Positions 50,405 to 63,240 of a stretch of 64,000 nt of DNA are shown one piece after another. A program made the translations under genes and the position numbers. The stretch comes from Callorhinchus milii (taxonomy: Eukaryota): the NCBI RefSeq assembly GCF_018977255.1, contig NW_024704743.1:6450001-6514000 (forward strand). Direction: 5' to 3'. Within the stretch, counting starts at the first letter, position 1. Each line of letters starts with the position of its first letter. The notes below the pieces were generated by a model. It had not been told where the DNA came from, did not search any database, and saw only the letters and a program-made list of their open reading frames with translations.

Positions 50405-50886
50405 CCCCTAAGGATTATTGCTATTACATTTCAGTTTTTTTGTTTGCATGTTCACTTGCCATTAGATTGTAAGAGAATAATTAAAATCTGTGTTAATAAT
50501 TTCTATTCAACACAGTAATCCACAGTTATGCAGTGTTTGATAAAGGCTACTTATTGTTTTATCCGTTTAAAGTACTAAAGTATATGAAATGATATATACT
50601 GGCTTTTGGCTATTATGTTCTGTGTTAATCGATAAGAAATCAACACTCTAATTTACTGGGATTAGATCAGATCCTTAAATCCTTCAGTGAGATTGCCATG
50701 CATCAACTCTGCAAAACACCACAATACCTAAAAATGAATGAAGTTTCAGTGAAGAAAAGCTCGTTCAAACTCCACATATTATACAGAATGTTGATACACA
50801 GGAGTGTCTTCAAGGTGCTTATCTTATTTTTTCTGATGGCGCGAAACTTCTCAACGTTTACTCTTGCAGTTTATACCCATCCACCT

Positions 50887-51198
50887 GGAATCCTGTAGCT
50901 GAGTGGTTAGAGCAAGCGAGAGACCTGGGTTTGATTCCAGACATGGCAAAACATTGGGCAGGTTTCTTTACTCCACACACTTTGGTTTACCTAGCAATAA
51001 GTAGGAACTTGGCAGATTGCTTTTCCGGGTAATAATTCCTTAAAAATAAAACTTGTTCACACAATCCACAACTTGTTTGTGGGACGCTGCTGTGCGCAAT
51101 TGACTGTCGTGTTTTGCCCCAAAATACATAGTCAATTCACTTTACAGTATATTCTGTGAAGCGCTTTGAGACGTCTCGAAGATGGATTATTATTATTA
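50887..51198 (+). mobile_element. tRNA-headed SINE
   Basis: ggaatcctgtagctgagtggttagagc head; (ATT)n tail. Confidence 0.88.
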
Positions 51199-51224
51199 TC
51201 ACATGAAAGCCCTTTTTGAGATTG

Positions 51225-51460
51225 TAACCATAGAACAATAGAAATTACAGCCATTGGCCCTTGACTCCCATCCTGGCTCTCTGAAAGAGTTATTCGATTT
51301 TCCGATTCTCCTGCCTATTTCTCTATTATGCAATCTGCACGTTATGCTTGGATATATTTTACTCTTTATTTGAACAAGGTGTTGTTCCTTTCCGTTGACA
51401 TATTTGGACCAATACATGGAGAAATAAATGCATTCTTCTGATCTAATGGTACATTCCTTC
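51225..51460 (-). mobile_element. CR1-type 3' remnant
   Basis: catagaacaatagaa-type terminal repeat and degenerate tail. Confidence 0.45.
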
Positions 51461-53029
51461 CATTTTGTTAATTTTCAAATATGTTTTTGTTTTGTCGGAC
51501 TTTGGAAGCATCATCGACTGGTTGGAATAACTGAAGAAATGCAGAAATGGTTAATAGAACTGAAGTGAATATACAGTGTTGTATCTGTCTGAACACTTTT
51601 GGGCTGAAATTCCGTTTGACATAGTTATTTTGGCAATGCATGACAGTAATGAAGGAATCCAATTAGCCAAAGTTGCTAAACATGAAGTTGCTGGAATGTC
51701 AGCCCAGCAACCTGAGGTAAGGGTGCCAACATTGGCAAGGAATTGTCATTAAACTTTATAGTACATCCTATGAAGCATTTTGAAACATCCTCCCGATATG
51801 AAATGCATTATATCAAATGGAAGTATTGGGATTATTTTCTTCAGTAGTCACAGTTCAATGATGGCATTCTATCATTTCACTGATAAAATGTCATTGGCAG
51901 ATGTTCAATTATTTCTTACTGTCAATTAATTAGCATTTCTGGCAATTTCCATGAGATGAATATGCACAAACTGCTTTGCTGTGTTCCAAAAAGCTTTGCA
52001 TTGAGTATTTAACTGCTTAAATGTATAATATCCGATTCTTAAGTATAAAGGTTTGTTAGAATAATGATTCATGAGTCTTTTTTTTAGAAATAAATTCACA
52101 AAACCACTTCAAAGTCTTCTCAGTCAACCCCAAATACAAATCTGGTTCTCACGTATTTTATACACAATTTAACTACTCAGATATTTTAGTTAGAAACAAA
52201 TATTGGTTTCAGTTTCAGTATTAATTTAGCTACGTAGTGTTATTGGAAGGAAATGTTACACTATAATTTGCCTTAAAACTCTAAAACCATGATGAATGCG
52301 AGTATTTAAAAATGAAACACAAGTGCCCTGGAAACATAAATATTGTCTGGCTGAGTTCATGAATTAAAACATTTATCTGCCCCCTAAAACTCCTGTTTTA
52401 AGAGAACTAAAACATTTCCTGCAGGCAGTAACTTCCTATTGCAAATGCTTCCTTCATAGTTTTCTCACCTGTCAGTCTTGACAATTTGAATACCTTTTTA
52501 ACTCTAGACTCATTCAACATTGGCCAGAAAATTCACCAAAATATGTCAGGTTTTGCCCCTTGGCTGGTTTCTAAGGATAAGTGTGATATTCTTATTTTTA
52601 AAACAAATAACTCCAGAAGACTGTCTGGAGCAACATCAGACGTATTTCAATAATCCATCAGGAAAAATGTTTTTCAGTGGCCGTGTCCTCAGCTAAGGAA
52701 CGGCTTGCACCAGGAAAATCTTTTTCACAGCTAATATCACCAGATTTGGCACATAAACCACTGTGGTATATGAAGCAAAACAATTTCTTGGGTCTTGTGA
52801 CAACTCTGGGCAGACAAACAAACAACATAAGATGATGTTAACATCTCTGAATGCACTTTTTCACTTGAAAATATACTTGAAGTGATCTTCCGCAAATACG
52901 GACACACACACAAAATACTACAAATAAGAGGAGAGTAACTGGAAATGTTAACCTCACAGCTTGGTACTTTCCCAGCTGGAGCTTTGCCTTGCAGGCTTAA
53001 GGACAAGTATATACCTCCAAATCATTGTG

Positions 53030-53330
53030 GAGTCAGACTGGCTGGATCAACAATGCCTTAGCTTATTTACTCTTCATGAGCTGTCAATTCACTGCAATTC
53101 TGTGCAGTGTTTCGTCTAAAGATACCATAACATTGTTCAATAGTAGAAGGGAGTTTCTTGTGGTGTCCAACAATCCTCCAGATAAAAATTAGCCATTTAC
53201 CTCATGGCTATTTGGCAGATCGTGTTGTGCACAAAATAGCTGCCAAATAGTTTGCTACAAATGCAGTCGATACAATTGACAGTCATCTCAAACATTTTGA
53301 CATAATATACTATAAAAATGCAGTTCTTTC
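53030..53330 (+). mobile_element. Deu-domain-like SINE remnant
   Basis: aaagataccataacattgttc...gttgtgcacaaaatagctgcc. Confidence 0.5.
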
Positions 53331-53738
53331 TTTTTATCTTCCCTCCCCTCCCACATTCCGATAATATGTGGGATACACATATATACTGCATATAAGCTAT
53401 TTATATATTATAATATATACAGTTTTTATATATTTATTTATATATTTCCATATTGTTAAACACAATAAAGGTTCGAGTCTGAATAGATCCATCAGGATTA
53501 TGAAGCCAGGAATTTCTGGTCCCAAATCTGGTGCTGAAATGACTAAACTACGCTGAAATGCTTGGGGAATGTCCTGGCTATTAGCATTAAGGAAATTTGC
53601 ACCAAACATGGGTATGGTCACCTCCCCACTCCCTTCCTTAAAATATTGTTGGGTTGTAAATAAAGCTCAAGGTTATTAACTGTTCAGTGAAATGCTATAT
53701 CCTCATGAAAACACCCATCTATAATAAGGAATCCTTAC

Positions 53739-54071
53739 CGGTTCGGTACACAAAGTTTCCATCTGTTTCAGAAGAAGATGGTGATGCTAGCTCTTCTTCA
53801 TATTCATTGGAGCTGAAGGATCCTGAATGGTTTCTTTTCCTGTCGGTGGCTTTCATGGCTGCATTTGATGCCATGACATGCCTTAAGGAGTCATTCAGAT
53901 AGCGATGCAGCAAGCTGCTCTTGTATTTTGGTGGAGACACATAATCTTCATTGACGGTAGTGCCAGCCCTTCCCACTGCCTTCAAAATTGGATTTTCCTT
54001 TTTAATTACAGCCTGGACTGGCTTGTTGAATTCCTCCTCATCTGCAGGATTCCTCGGAGGGTGTTCTCCAT
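53739..54071 (-). CDS. MKX: Mohawk homeobox exon 5 (333 nt)
   Basis: atcatag|ATGGAGAACAC...CGAACCG|gtaagg. Encodes EDYVSPPKYKSSLLHRYLNDSLRHVM...RNHSGSFSSNEYEEELASPSSSETDGNFVYRT, the conserved MKX repression-domain region. Confidence 0.96.
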
Positions 54072-54619
54072 CTATGATTTATAAGGTAAAGTATAAGAAA
54101 CTCTTTTACAGTCCAATAGTTGGGTATTTTGGGAGATATAAATTGCACTTCTCCATTCATTTTAACATATGGTTCAATCCTTATGTGCATAGATGTACTG
54201 AGGCTGACATGATGTAATGGACTAACAACAATTTACACCCAGTTTAAAACCAAGTTCAACTTATGATACTATTATCCTTAAGCAGTTAGATGTAGTAATG
54301 AATTTGTATGGACGATTTGAAGGGCACTCAATATGGTTTAATAATTGATGCTCGCAAAATAGTTACTTCTGGTTTGCAAATTTTGCATTGCAAGATTCAC
54401 AGCTGGCGGATCTCGAATCCCAAGTGAGCCACATCTGCTAAACAGGCAGTGAGCAAAAGGTCAGTGAGAAAAAGGTCAGCAAGGAAATGGTCAGTGAGGA
54501 GAAGTCAAGCGGGAAATATTTTACTCTCTGGCTTTATTTCTGATTTTGCCAATTTAGGATTCTCAAACCAGAATTTCGCAGCCCTTCAAAACTATTGCTG
54601 ACATTAAAGTAATGTCAAA

Positions 54620-55020
54620 TAATAATAATAACCTTTGCATTTGATATAGTGTCTTAACACATCATTGAGAGACAAAATACAAAAGAAAATACAAAAATAC
54701 AAATATTCAAGATGTCCCAAAGCGCTTCACAGAATATACTGTAAGTGAATTGACTGTGGGAGAAACTCCGCAGCAAATTAGACACCCGATGATCTGCTTG
54801 TATCACACTGATCTGCTCATACCCTGCTCCTCTGCGCACCCCTTCTGTTCGGCTCATACAGCCTGCTGGCTTATCCTCCGCCTCATTCATGCCACCATTG
54901 TTGGCCGAGCCATCAGTCACTATACCCTTCACCTCTGGAACTCCGTGCCTCTCTCTATCCTTCCACCTCACTCCCTCTCTATCTGTCTTTAAATCCCACC
55001 TTTCATCCGTTTCTTCTGCT
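54620..55020. mobile_element. SINE 3' end (minus, 54620-54780) and L2 3' fragment (plus, 54800-55020)
   Basis: Tail ataataacctttgcatttgatatag; ATIVGRAISHYTLHLWNSVP. Confidence 0.75.
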
Positions 55021-55289
55021 TTTTGTTTTTCGTCACCTTTAATTTTATTGTGAAGAGAGGTGAGTACTAGGCCCTGGTGCCGCTTCCAATCTTTTTTATT
55101 GGTTTATATTTATTTTCTATGATTGATCTGCTGAGTAGGAGTGAAATCTCTTTTTGGCCTAGCTAGCCCACTCGACAAATAAAAAAAAATATTTGGGGGG
55201 GCTGGGAAAACATGGCTTCTGTTTCCACACAACAGATCAACCATAGAAAATAAACAGTGTTATCCTTGTGTTTGATATGGTGGCTTGTC

Positions 55290-55715
55290 ACGGCATCAAA
55301 TCATCTGAATGTGCTTCACAGGATTTACTGAAAGTGGAATGACTGTGTATTTTATAGGTGAACAAGGCAGCCAATTTGCACACAGGTATGTTCCACATTA
55401 ATAATAATCCTTGCATTTGATATAACACCTTATCATGTCATTAAGACGTCTCAAAGCGCTTCACAGAATATACTGTAAAGTGAATTCACTGTATATTTTG
55501 TGGGCGAAACGCGGCAGCTAATTAAGCACAGCATGAAGTGAATGACTAATTGTATCAGGGAGATTGTTGGCCAAAACATCGGGCAAAGCTCCCTTCTCTT
55601 TTCGTGGAACACCATAGGATCCTTAACATGCAGATGGGGCCTCGGTTTAACACCTCATCTGAATGAAAGCAGCTCTGACAATGCAGGTGTCCCCAAGCAT
55701 TAAGTTGGCCTGTCA
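55290..55715 (-). mobile_element. SINE tails and a Deu-domain-like SINE
   Basis: Reverse complement cagatgaggtgttaaaccgaggccccatctg...taaggatcctatgg. Confidence 0.75.
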
Positions 55716-58574
55716 ACCCAGACAATATCTTAGAAGCCATTCTGGGGCCTACAATACATACAAGTATTCATCTCGCTTCAGATTGAAAGATGGTGGATGC
55801 TGGATTCCAAGAAAGAATCCCTTTCTGACAAGGATTTGCTGCCATGTTATTCATATTAATTTAACACCAGCAACGGTTCTGAAAAGTTATAAACTTTACC
55901 CTATTCTTCAGATTCTGTTTCAAGTTTGTCGGTAAATAGCTAGAATTGTTTTACAAAGTGCTTTCATAAAACATAATACACTTATTACAGATGCAAAAAA
56001 CAGGTTTGTTTCATGATGGTCTAAGAAAGGTTCACGGATATTTCTTCCATATCTTTTGTACAGTCTTTTACCATCTGTTTGCTTTTGAAGAAAATTACAA
56101 TGTAGGGGACTGTTCCAACATATCTACTTTTAATCCTTGGGATCCCAACAAATTTATGTTTACTCCCTAGATAGCTATGTCCAAGCATTTAAGATCAACA
56201 GGAATCTGCCAGGATTGTTTTACTTCTCATGTAAAATGTGAACATTTTGTTATAAAAGATTTCACTTTCAAATATTTAACCCAGCACTTGAGCCTTGGGA
56301 TCAATTATGCCACGGATGTACTTTAGACTCCAGGAAAAACACGTAGAAAAATGCGTTAACTCCAAGTTCAGTAGATAGAACTCATCATTTTGTATTCTGC
56401 ATAAATAATGGTTTTACATGAATATTCAATGAAGATGGATCTAATCTAAACAGCATATTGGCCTGAATATGCATTTAGCTGAAATTGAAAAAAGATATTT
56501 AAAACAGGTTTTCTAGTCTATCCTCATCTGAAATCATTTTTCTTATGCTTTCTGTTCATTGAAACATTGCATCTATTTTGGCTATACATTTGAGGGAGCA
56601 GATACACTTTTCAATTGCTATTCACCCTAATAAATATGCATTAAACCCAATAATGGTGGATTAAACCCAGATGTGATTGGACGAGAAGTCACCTAAAAAG
56701 CATTCATTTCTCCTTCAAAAGGTAACAATTTGGGTCAGTTGACATATAGGGGAAATTAAGTAAAGGTTACTGTTTAGTGATACTGCTCGCTCAATAACAG
56801 TCTCTACCTGCATGCGCATGATCACTTTCAAATGCTCCTGTGCTTCTAGCAATAGACTAACACATGAACTAAAAGAGACGTAAATCAAAACCGTATTTAA
56901 CTAAATTGCCACATAATTGTGAAAAAAACATTTTCTTGCTCCTGCACTGCATATAGTGCACAGCCATTAAGATCATTGAATTGGACATGACCCATTGCAA
57001 GCCAGAATAATTTTGCCATAAGATCGTAGAGATATGGCCAGGCTGACAGTCCCCTAAAGGATTACAATTGGAACAACATAAGAGTTGGCAGGAACACAAG
57101 GGCTGCTGTAGCTACACTTCAACATTGTGTATCAATCAAACTGTCTGTGTGGAATAGCAGCAGCAAAGTTTATCACACCACTTTTGTCTACTGAACTCTC
57201 TTACATACTTACTCAGTTCCCCCTTTGAAAACATATTTTATCCCAAGTTTAAACTAACGGAATTGTATTAGGCTTTGTATAACAATAGCTGCCATATGAA
57301 GAGAGTGTAGCTATACACAACTGCAATATAACAAAATATCTTGTGAAATTGACCTTTGCGATGGCTGAAAGGCCCAGAAGAATATGGCCTACAAGAGGAC
57401 GAAAGCCCTAAGGTCTTCCAGTGGCCAAATCGATTTTCTATCAAACCTGGAGCAGCAGTTAAGAGTGAACACTAAGTTTTGAACTCTGCATAGAAAGAAC
57501 GGAGTCAAAGATTGTGACTGCATGGGGAGAGCTCCACAGAGAGAGAGAGCTAAAACGTGAGTAAAGCTTTGCCACAGGAGTATTCTGCAGACGTTTTAAA
57601 TATAGACAGAATGTTAAAGCTGCATCAGCTTTTGTATTTCTGCCAACTCTCAGGGTGCCGTTCCCATCATGATTTTCTTTTAGAAGATAAACAGCCTAAC
57701 CCCCTTCTGTTATATGGCAGAATGTGGACTCTCATATCTAAGTCACCTCATCTAATCCAATGGGACATAGTACCTTTGTATTTTCAGAAGCAAGAGATTT
57801 TTTTCTACTTTTGCAGCCTGCCAACGGGATATGATATTTCATCAAGACTTTGCGAAACCTACAGAAAAGCTGGACAGAACTTGTTGTTGTGACAAGTAAG
57901 AAATAAGATCATCTTTCTTGATAATCCCCATTCGCTTCACCAGAATGTTAACCACATTTGCTACTCGTTTGTCCAAGTGTAACTTGGTTGCAATTACCAA
58001 TCTAAGGGCCTCGATGTTTTAAACTGAAAGAAAGCTCCAGAGAACTATGAAGACGGATAGGTGGCCAAGCTTTTTCAGCAATTTATTCGCTTGCTATTTT
58101 AGTGCTGAAGATAACTCACCACTTTGAGCCTGATCTGTTTTACTCTCTTCTGTTTATGGGTGACTCATTTAAGAGGCATTTTGTCTTTCACTGCTCCAGT
58201 CATGTTATTTTAATTTCTGAGGCTTAATATCATCATCTTAACATTTAATATTGTGCACATTTTTAAAACATTTCTTAAAGTCACTCAGACGTTGGAACTC
58301 AGTTTTCCTCAGTATTTAATTAATACTTAAAAAACCTCGGAAAGCATGCTTCAAAGTGAATCATTCAGTGAGGACATCAAAGCACATCAACTGCATTGAG
58401 TATCTGGCCCACACACACCAACCATGACATTCATTGCTGGCAAAAAATCAGTAGATAAAATGGAATTAAATATAATAAAACTGTCCCTAGCAACTCCATG
58501 CCCTTACTAATAAAACAGTGAGTTCCAGGCAGATTTCCTTCTTGTAAGTTATCATTGTGAATTTCCATGTTGTG

Positions 58575-58830
58575 TGTCAGCCCGCCTCAGTTGTTAGCAT
58601 TCTTGAGTCTGAGTTAGAAGGTTGAGGGTTTAAGACCCATGCTGTGACCAATACAGCAATGGGGGGTGTTTGGCATTGTTGGAGCTTACGCCTCTCAGAT
58701 GAGATGTTAAACTTTGGTCTCATCTACCTGTTCAGGTACACATTAAAGATTCCATGACACAACAACAACAACTTGCACTTATATAGTGCTCTCCATATAT
58801 AGTGTCTAAGAGCGCTTAACAGTGGCGGAC
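58575..58830 (+). mobile_element. Deu-domain-like SINE 5' part plus an inverted L2 tail
   Basis: cagatgagatgttaaactttggtctcatctacctgttcagg...taaagattccatgacac. Confidence 0.7.
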
Positions 58831-59106
58831 CCTGATTATTATTTTTATTATCATTATCATGTCATCTGAGCACTTCAATGGTTACTGCCTAGTCATTGCT
58901 CCATTCGATCAATAGAAAGTAAATTTTGTTAAATTTTTTAAATTCAAAAGTAACTTTTGGCATGTTTCTGAAGTTTAATGCAATACCTATTATGAATCAT
59001 TCCTTTTGGACTTTTAAAATATATGTAGTACAGTTGTTTGTCATGTGCAATTCAAATGATGTAGAGTATATGCTGACTGTAACATTTTTCAAACAGTTCA
59101 GTCCAT

Positions 59107-59474
59107 GGAGTCCTGTAGCTTAGTGGTTAGAGCACTCGCCTCGCAAGCGAGATGATCCGAGTTCAATTCCCGAGCAGGGCGAAACCATCAGCAAGTCTCC
59201 TTACTCCACACGCTCTGTTTACCTAGCAGTAAGTGGGAAGTTTTTAGTTGATCGGCGGATCGCTTTTCCAGGGGTAATAATTCCTTCAAAAATACATAAA
59301 CAAACATTTTGGTCACTCAATCCACGACTGATTGTGGGACACTGCTGTGTGCAATTAGCTGCCTCATTCGTCTACAAAATATACAATTATTTACTTTACA
59401 GTATATTCTTTGAAGCGTTTTGAGATGTTTCAAAGACATGATAAGGCGCTATATCAAAATGCAAGGATTATTAT
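59107..59474 (+). mobile_element. tRNA(Ala)-headed SINE, full-length reference copy
   Basis: GGAGTCCTGTAGCTTAGTGGTTAGAGCACTCGCCTCGCAAGCGAG...GTTCAATTCC. Anticodon arm CTCGC/GCGAG with a CGC loop here and TGC in other copies (both Ala). Central domain and tail present. Confidence 0.92.
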
Positions 59475-59589
59475 TTAAATTGTGATGCAATAATTACATT
59501 TTTTGTAAAGGAAAATCACCTGTTACGCTCCAGGTCACAAACTTAGTGTATCTGTAGCAAAAGGATCGCTTTGTAACTGTTCCTTGGTC

Positions 59590-59925
59590 TGCCAGGTGTC
59601 TGACACTTGAGGAAACCCATCCCCATGCTTAAAAGTCTCCAAACTGGATTCAAAGTTCTACATATGTATGCCATCTACACATGGGAATTTCCTTTTGTCT
59701 GGAATGGAATGAAAACTCTGCCTGGAGGGACACACCTTATTCGCTTAATTCTGGAGAGTATTCGGTACAAGTTGGCAACAGCCAAGGCTTGGGGACCCCA
59801 GAGGGTATTGTTGGGAATTTAACCAGCTGAAACTGCATAGCTTTCCACTGAGAGCATTGCCTGGCAAGCTTCATCCACTTGTCCAGCAAGGACTACCCTA
59901 CTCATTAGGGCTTTGACTTGCAGCC
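59590..59925 (+). repeat. Unclassified repeat family X
   Basis: Homologous to 9760-10120. Confidence 0.75.
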
Positions 59926-60574
59926 CTATTTTTCCCTTGGGTTGTTAAAACGCTAAATGCAATAGACCAAAGAACCCTTATCTGTTTAAAACCAAACTTT
60001 CTACTGCCTGATTACTGATGATAGGAGCAAATAGTCTGCAATGAATTACATCAGTGGACAATAAAATATATACGGTAACTCATAAATGTCACAAAAACTA
60101 AAGTCTGGTAAGAATGATGAAAGCATTTCCTGTTTTGCAATGAAAATAATGCTGCTCTTACAGTCAATGAAGTATTGCAACTCGTCTCTAGTAAGTGACA
60201 TTGTGTCAACAACACTTCGGTCATTAAATATCGCTCCCAATTACTTTCATAATTCTTGGCACAAAATATGCTGCCATAGGCCTCAACTGCACTTCTTTAT
60301 TATTACCCAGAAAAATAAAATGTTTTTATAAACTGCCTGATATATTACTTTGAGATGACGATAATAAAAAAATGGCAGGAGAAAATGCAATAAATCTGTA
60401 GTTTAAATCCATAGCCACAACTGTGGCACACATTACTCAACCCATCATTCGGCTTAATCACATTTCACTGAGAGAAGTCCAGATTTACAATGATTCCCCA
60501 CAATCTGGTTATGTCTGTACATGGCAGTAATAGTAGTTGAAACACAAGAATATAAAATTTTTAGGAACATGAAA

Positions 60575-60800
60575 ATAATAATAATAATCCTTGCATTCGA
60601 TATTGCGCCTGAGGCATCTCAAAGAGCTTCACAGAGTATATTGTACAGTTAATTGACTGTGGGAAAAACGTGTCAGCCATTTGCACACAGCAGTGTCCCA
60701 CAAACAGTCGCGGATTGAGCGACCAATTTTTTATTTATTTTTATTTTTATTTTTGCCAATGGACGAACAACCAGGTTCCTACTTACTTGAGGTGTGGAGT
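60575..60800 (-). mobile_element. SINE, headless
   Basis: (AAT)n ccttgcattcgatattgcgcc...gtgtcccacaaacagtcg. Confidence 0.85.
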
Positions 60801-60809
60801 AAGTTCAAT

Positions 60810-61010
60810 GAGCCAAATACACCATCCTTTTTGGTGCCCAATCCTATTTTCCTGCAGTCCCAACACATCTCTTAATTCGTTCTCTCTTCAGGAACACATC
60901 TTGTTGCATTTTTAAACCATTTATATCAGCTTCTTCCCACCTTTTCCTCGGAACTTACTCTACAACTTATTCACCTTTTGTGTAAAACCAAGTCCGCCAA
61001 ACCTTCTTCC
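60810..61010 (-). mobile_element. CR1-type 3' remnant
   Basis: Minus strand resembles the CR1 pattern FTQRV..W..LP. Confidence 0.5.
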
Positions 61011-61029
61011 AACATTCCAATAGTTACCT

Positions 61030-61215
61030 GGTTCAACCTTCCAACTTATGTCTAATACTCTCCAGTTAGCTAACAGCATGCATCCCTCTAGAGAGAGTGA
61101 GCATTCCCTTCCAGACACAGGCACATTTCTTTTGTGGCATACACATGTGGAACTCTCAATCTGGTGTGGATATTCTTAAGCACAGCGATGGTTTTCCAAA
61201 AGATGTCAGGCAGCC
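61030..61215 (-). repeat. Unclassified repeat family X
   Basis: Reverse complement contains gagagttccacatg...ggaatgctcactctctctagagggatgcatg...ggagagtattag. Confidence 0.7.
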
Positions 61216-61659
61216 AGTTGATAAAATATTTTTTTTCCCCCCCGTATCCCCTTCGCTACAATGAACAATTTGTCAGTATCGGTGTTGTAACTCCCCTTTA
61301 AACTTTGTTTGCTACCAAAACTGACCTTTTTGTGACTAAACTTCAGTCTGGAATATCATTAACTCAAATGTTGTCATCTTGGGAGTTTATGTGGTTAATG
61401 CCTTATGTTTTTTTTCCGGATTTCATTTCGAAAGGAAAGATATCTTGATATAATATTACTGTAATACATATTTAAATGTGAATTAAATACACTTTAAGTC
61501 GCACCATCAACAAACTAGATATTAAGCCATCTTGCTTTGTATTTTAGGTATCCAACAATGAGTAGAAATAGCCGGGTTGTAATTTTACTATCATTTTGTT
61601 CAGTGTTATACAGTCAGAATTTTTGCTTATTGTAAAGCGATAATAAGTGATAATTGGTG

Positions 61660-61890
61660 AAGGAGCAAAGGAGGAGATTAGGAGGAATGCTTTCACATAG
61701 GGGATTTTAGGATGTGGAATGCCTGCCAGGATCCATTTTAGCTTTCAAGAGGTAACTAGATAGACATCTAAAAATAAATAATTTGTAGGAGCACGGTTAT
61801 GGGGAAAAGGTAAATGGGATTGAATGGATTGCTTCTCCTTGGAGCCGGCACATACACAATGGGTTGAATGGTCGTCGTCAGGCTGTAAAA
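61660..61890 (+). mobile_element. CR1-type 3' end
   Basis: EIRRNAFT...MWNA...AFKR*LDRHL, followed by a 3' UTR. Confidence 0.7.
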
Positions 61891-62157
61891 TTCCATGGTT
61901 AAGCTGTACATTATAGCTATATAGCAGCTATCAACAAAGAACAGGAAGACTTCTATATTCATCAAAATGTTATCTGTGCTTATATCTTGCTGTAGATATT
62001 CCCTAATCATGCTGTCCATTTTTTGGTATGGATTGTTACTGAACAGCAGGTTGAGGGGTATCGCTAGAGATAACAGAATGTTTTGTGGTAATGCAATGCC
62101 AGTTAAAGACAAAACTTAATCCACGATAAATATGTCATATTAAAAAAANTGTCATAC

Positions 62158-62311
62158 CTTCAGAACACGAGTCATCACTGCTAATACTCAGTCGTTCAGC
62201 GTTGCCCTGCACATACTTGTTATATAATTTTATTCGCAATGCCCAGCTCAAATCTGGTTGTCTAACAGTATTCTTCAAGCGACGTCTTGCATTTGCAAAC
62301 CAGTTAGATAC
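62158..62311 (-). CDS. MKX: Mohawk homeobox exon 4 (154 nt; homeodomain helix 3)
   Basis: ttccattag|GTATCTAACTGG...TCTGAAG|gtatga. Translates VSNWFANARRRLKNTVRQPDLSWALRIKLYNKYVQGNAERLSISSDDSCSE. WFANARRR is the Irx/Mkx TALE helix 3 and the following sequence is MKX-specific. Not in the ORF track. Confidence 0.97.
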
Positions 62312-63029
62312 CTAATGGAAAAACATAAGATATGTGTTTTGAAATATATATATTATATATATATACACGTATGCTAAATAACACCATAATAAGGAGTCTT
62401 TTGTTCAAGAAATGTCTGTTATAATTACTCCAAAAATACTAACTGGAAGCAATTTTATCCACAAATAATAATAATAATAAGACAGTTAGTAAGAATTCAT
62501 TTAAAATGCGTGAAATTAGGTGTTATTTAAATATCAATTATTCCAAGTGTAAACATTTGTACAAACCAATTGTACGGGTTTGTTTTTATTACAGACAGTA
62601 TTAAACAGCGACGTAACAAAAAAAACTTGCATTTATGTAGCACCCTTCATGCAGATAATGTCTTGGAGTGCTTAACAGTAACAGAATTTGACGCCGAGCT
62701 GGAGAGAAAACCCCTCACTACAGTAGTTTGTGAATGTTTACGCATTTTTTAAATATATGGCACACGTTCTAACTGTTACTAAATGTTTGAATTCCTGGGG
62801 TGAGATTCTAAAATTAACCTGTGATGTGATAACCTCATTGGTGAGGTTATCACATGACAGAAAATGTCACTCCTGTAAATGTCTCCGTCAGTATCTAACC
62901 ACCCAGCCCTCTCCCCCCACCAACCCCCAATGTATTTGTGATGTTGTTTGGTCTTGAAACTGGCCATAGCCTCCAATGAACTTGCTGTTTATCAGGATTT
63001 GATAATGGAACATCCCAACCAGATAAATG

Positions 63030-63240
63030 TGGTCATTCATTGTGGGACATCACTGTATGCAAATTGGCTGCTGTGTTTGCCTATAAAAATACAGAGTTAC
63101 TACACTCTACAATTAACCCTGTGAATAATAAATAATAATAATATTATTATAATAATTATTATAATTATATAACAATAAATAATATTATAGCCCTGTGAAG
63201 CACAGTGATGTGATAAGGGCTGTATCAAATATTATTATTG
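63030..63240 (+). mobile_element. SINE 3' half with an internal AT-rich insertion
   Basis: tgtgggacatcactgtatgcaaattggctgc; insert 63126-63190 flanked by duplicated CCCTGTGAA. Confidence 0.75.

Noticed and set aside
53719..53985. Stand-alone 88-aa ORF ending GKDSLL*
   Set aside because: It is part of MKX exon 5 read through the gtaagg donor, not a separate gene.
57360..57410. Possible hammerhead ribozyme (CTGAAAGGCC...GGCC...CGAAA)
   Set aside because: The core does not match CUGANGA, and the stem II/GAAA spacing is wrong.
59107..59185. tRNA-Ala-like cloverleaf with A/B boxes
   Set aside because: It is the head of a multi-copy SINE. There is no proper acceptor stem, and it continues into the SINE body.
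62158..62311. Assignment as an Iroquois (IRX) gene
   Set aside because: The sequence after helix 3 (LKNTVRQPDLSWALRIKLYNKYVQGN) and the downstream exons are MKX-type. No IRO box is seen.
4018..63240. Recurrent near-identical ~35-nt palindromic motif suggesting CRISPR repeats
   Set aside because: Copies are dispersed, in both orientations, without regular spacers or cas genes. They are LINE/SINE 3' stem-loops in a eukaryotic genome.
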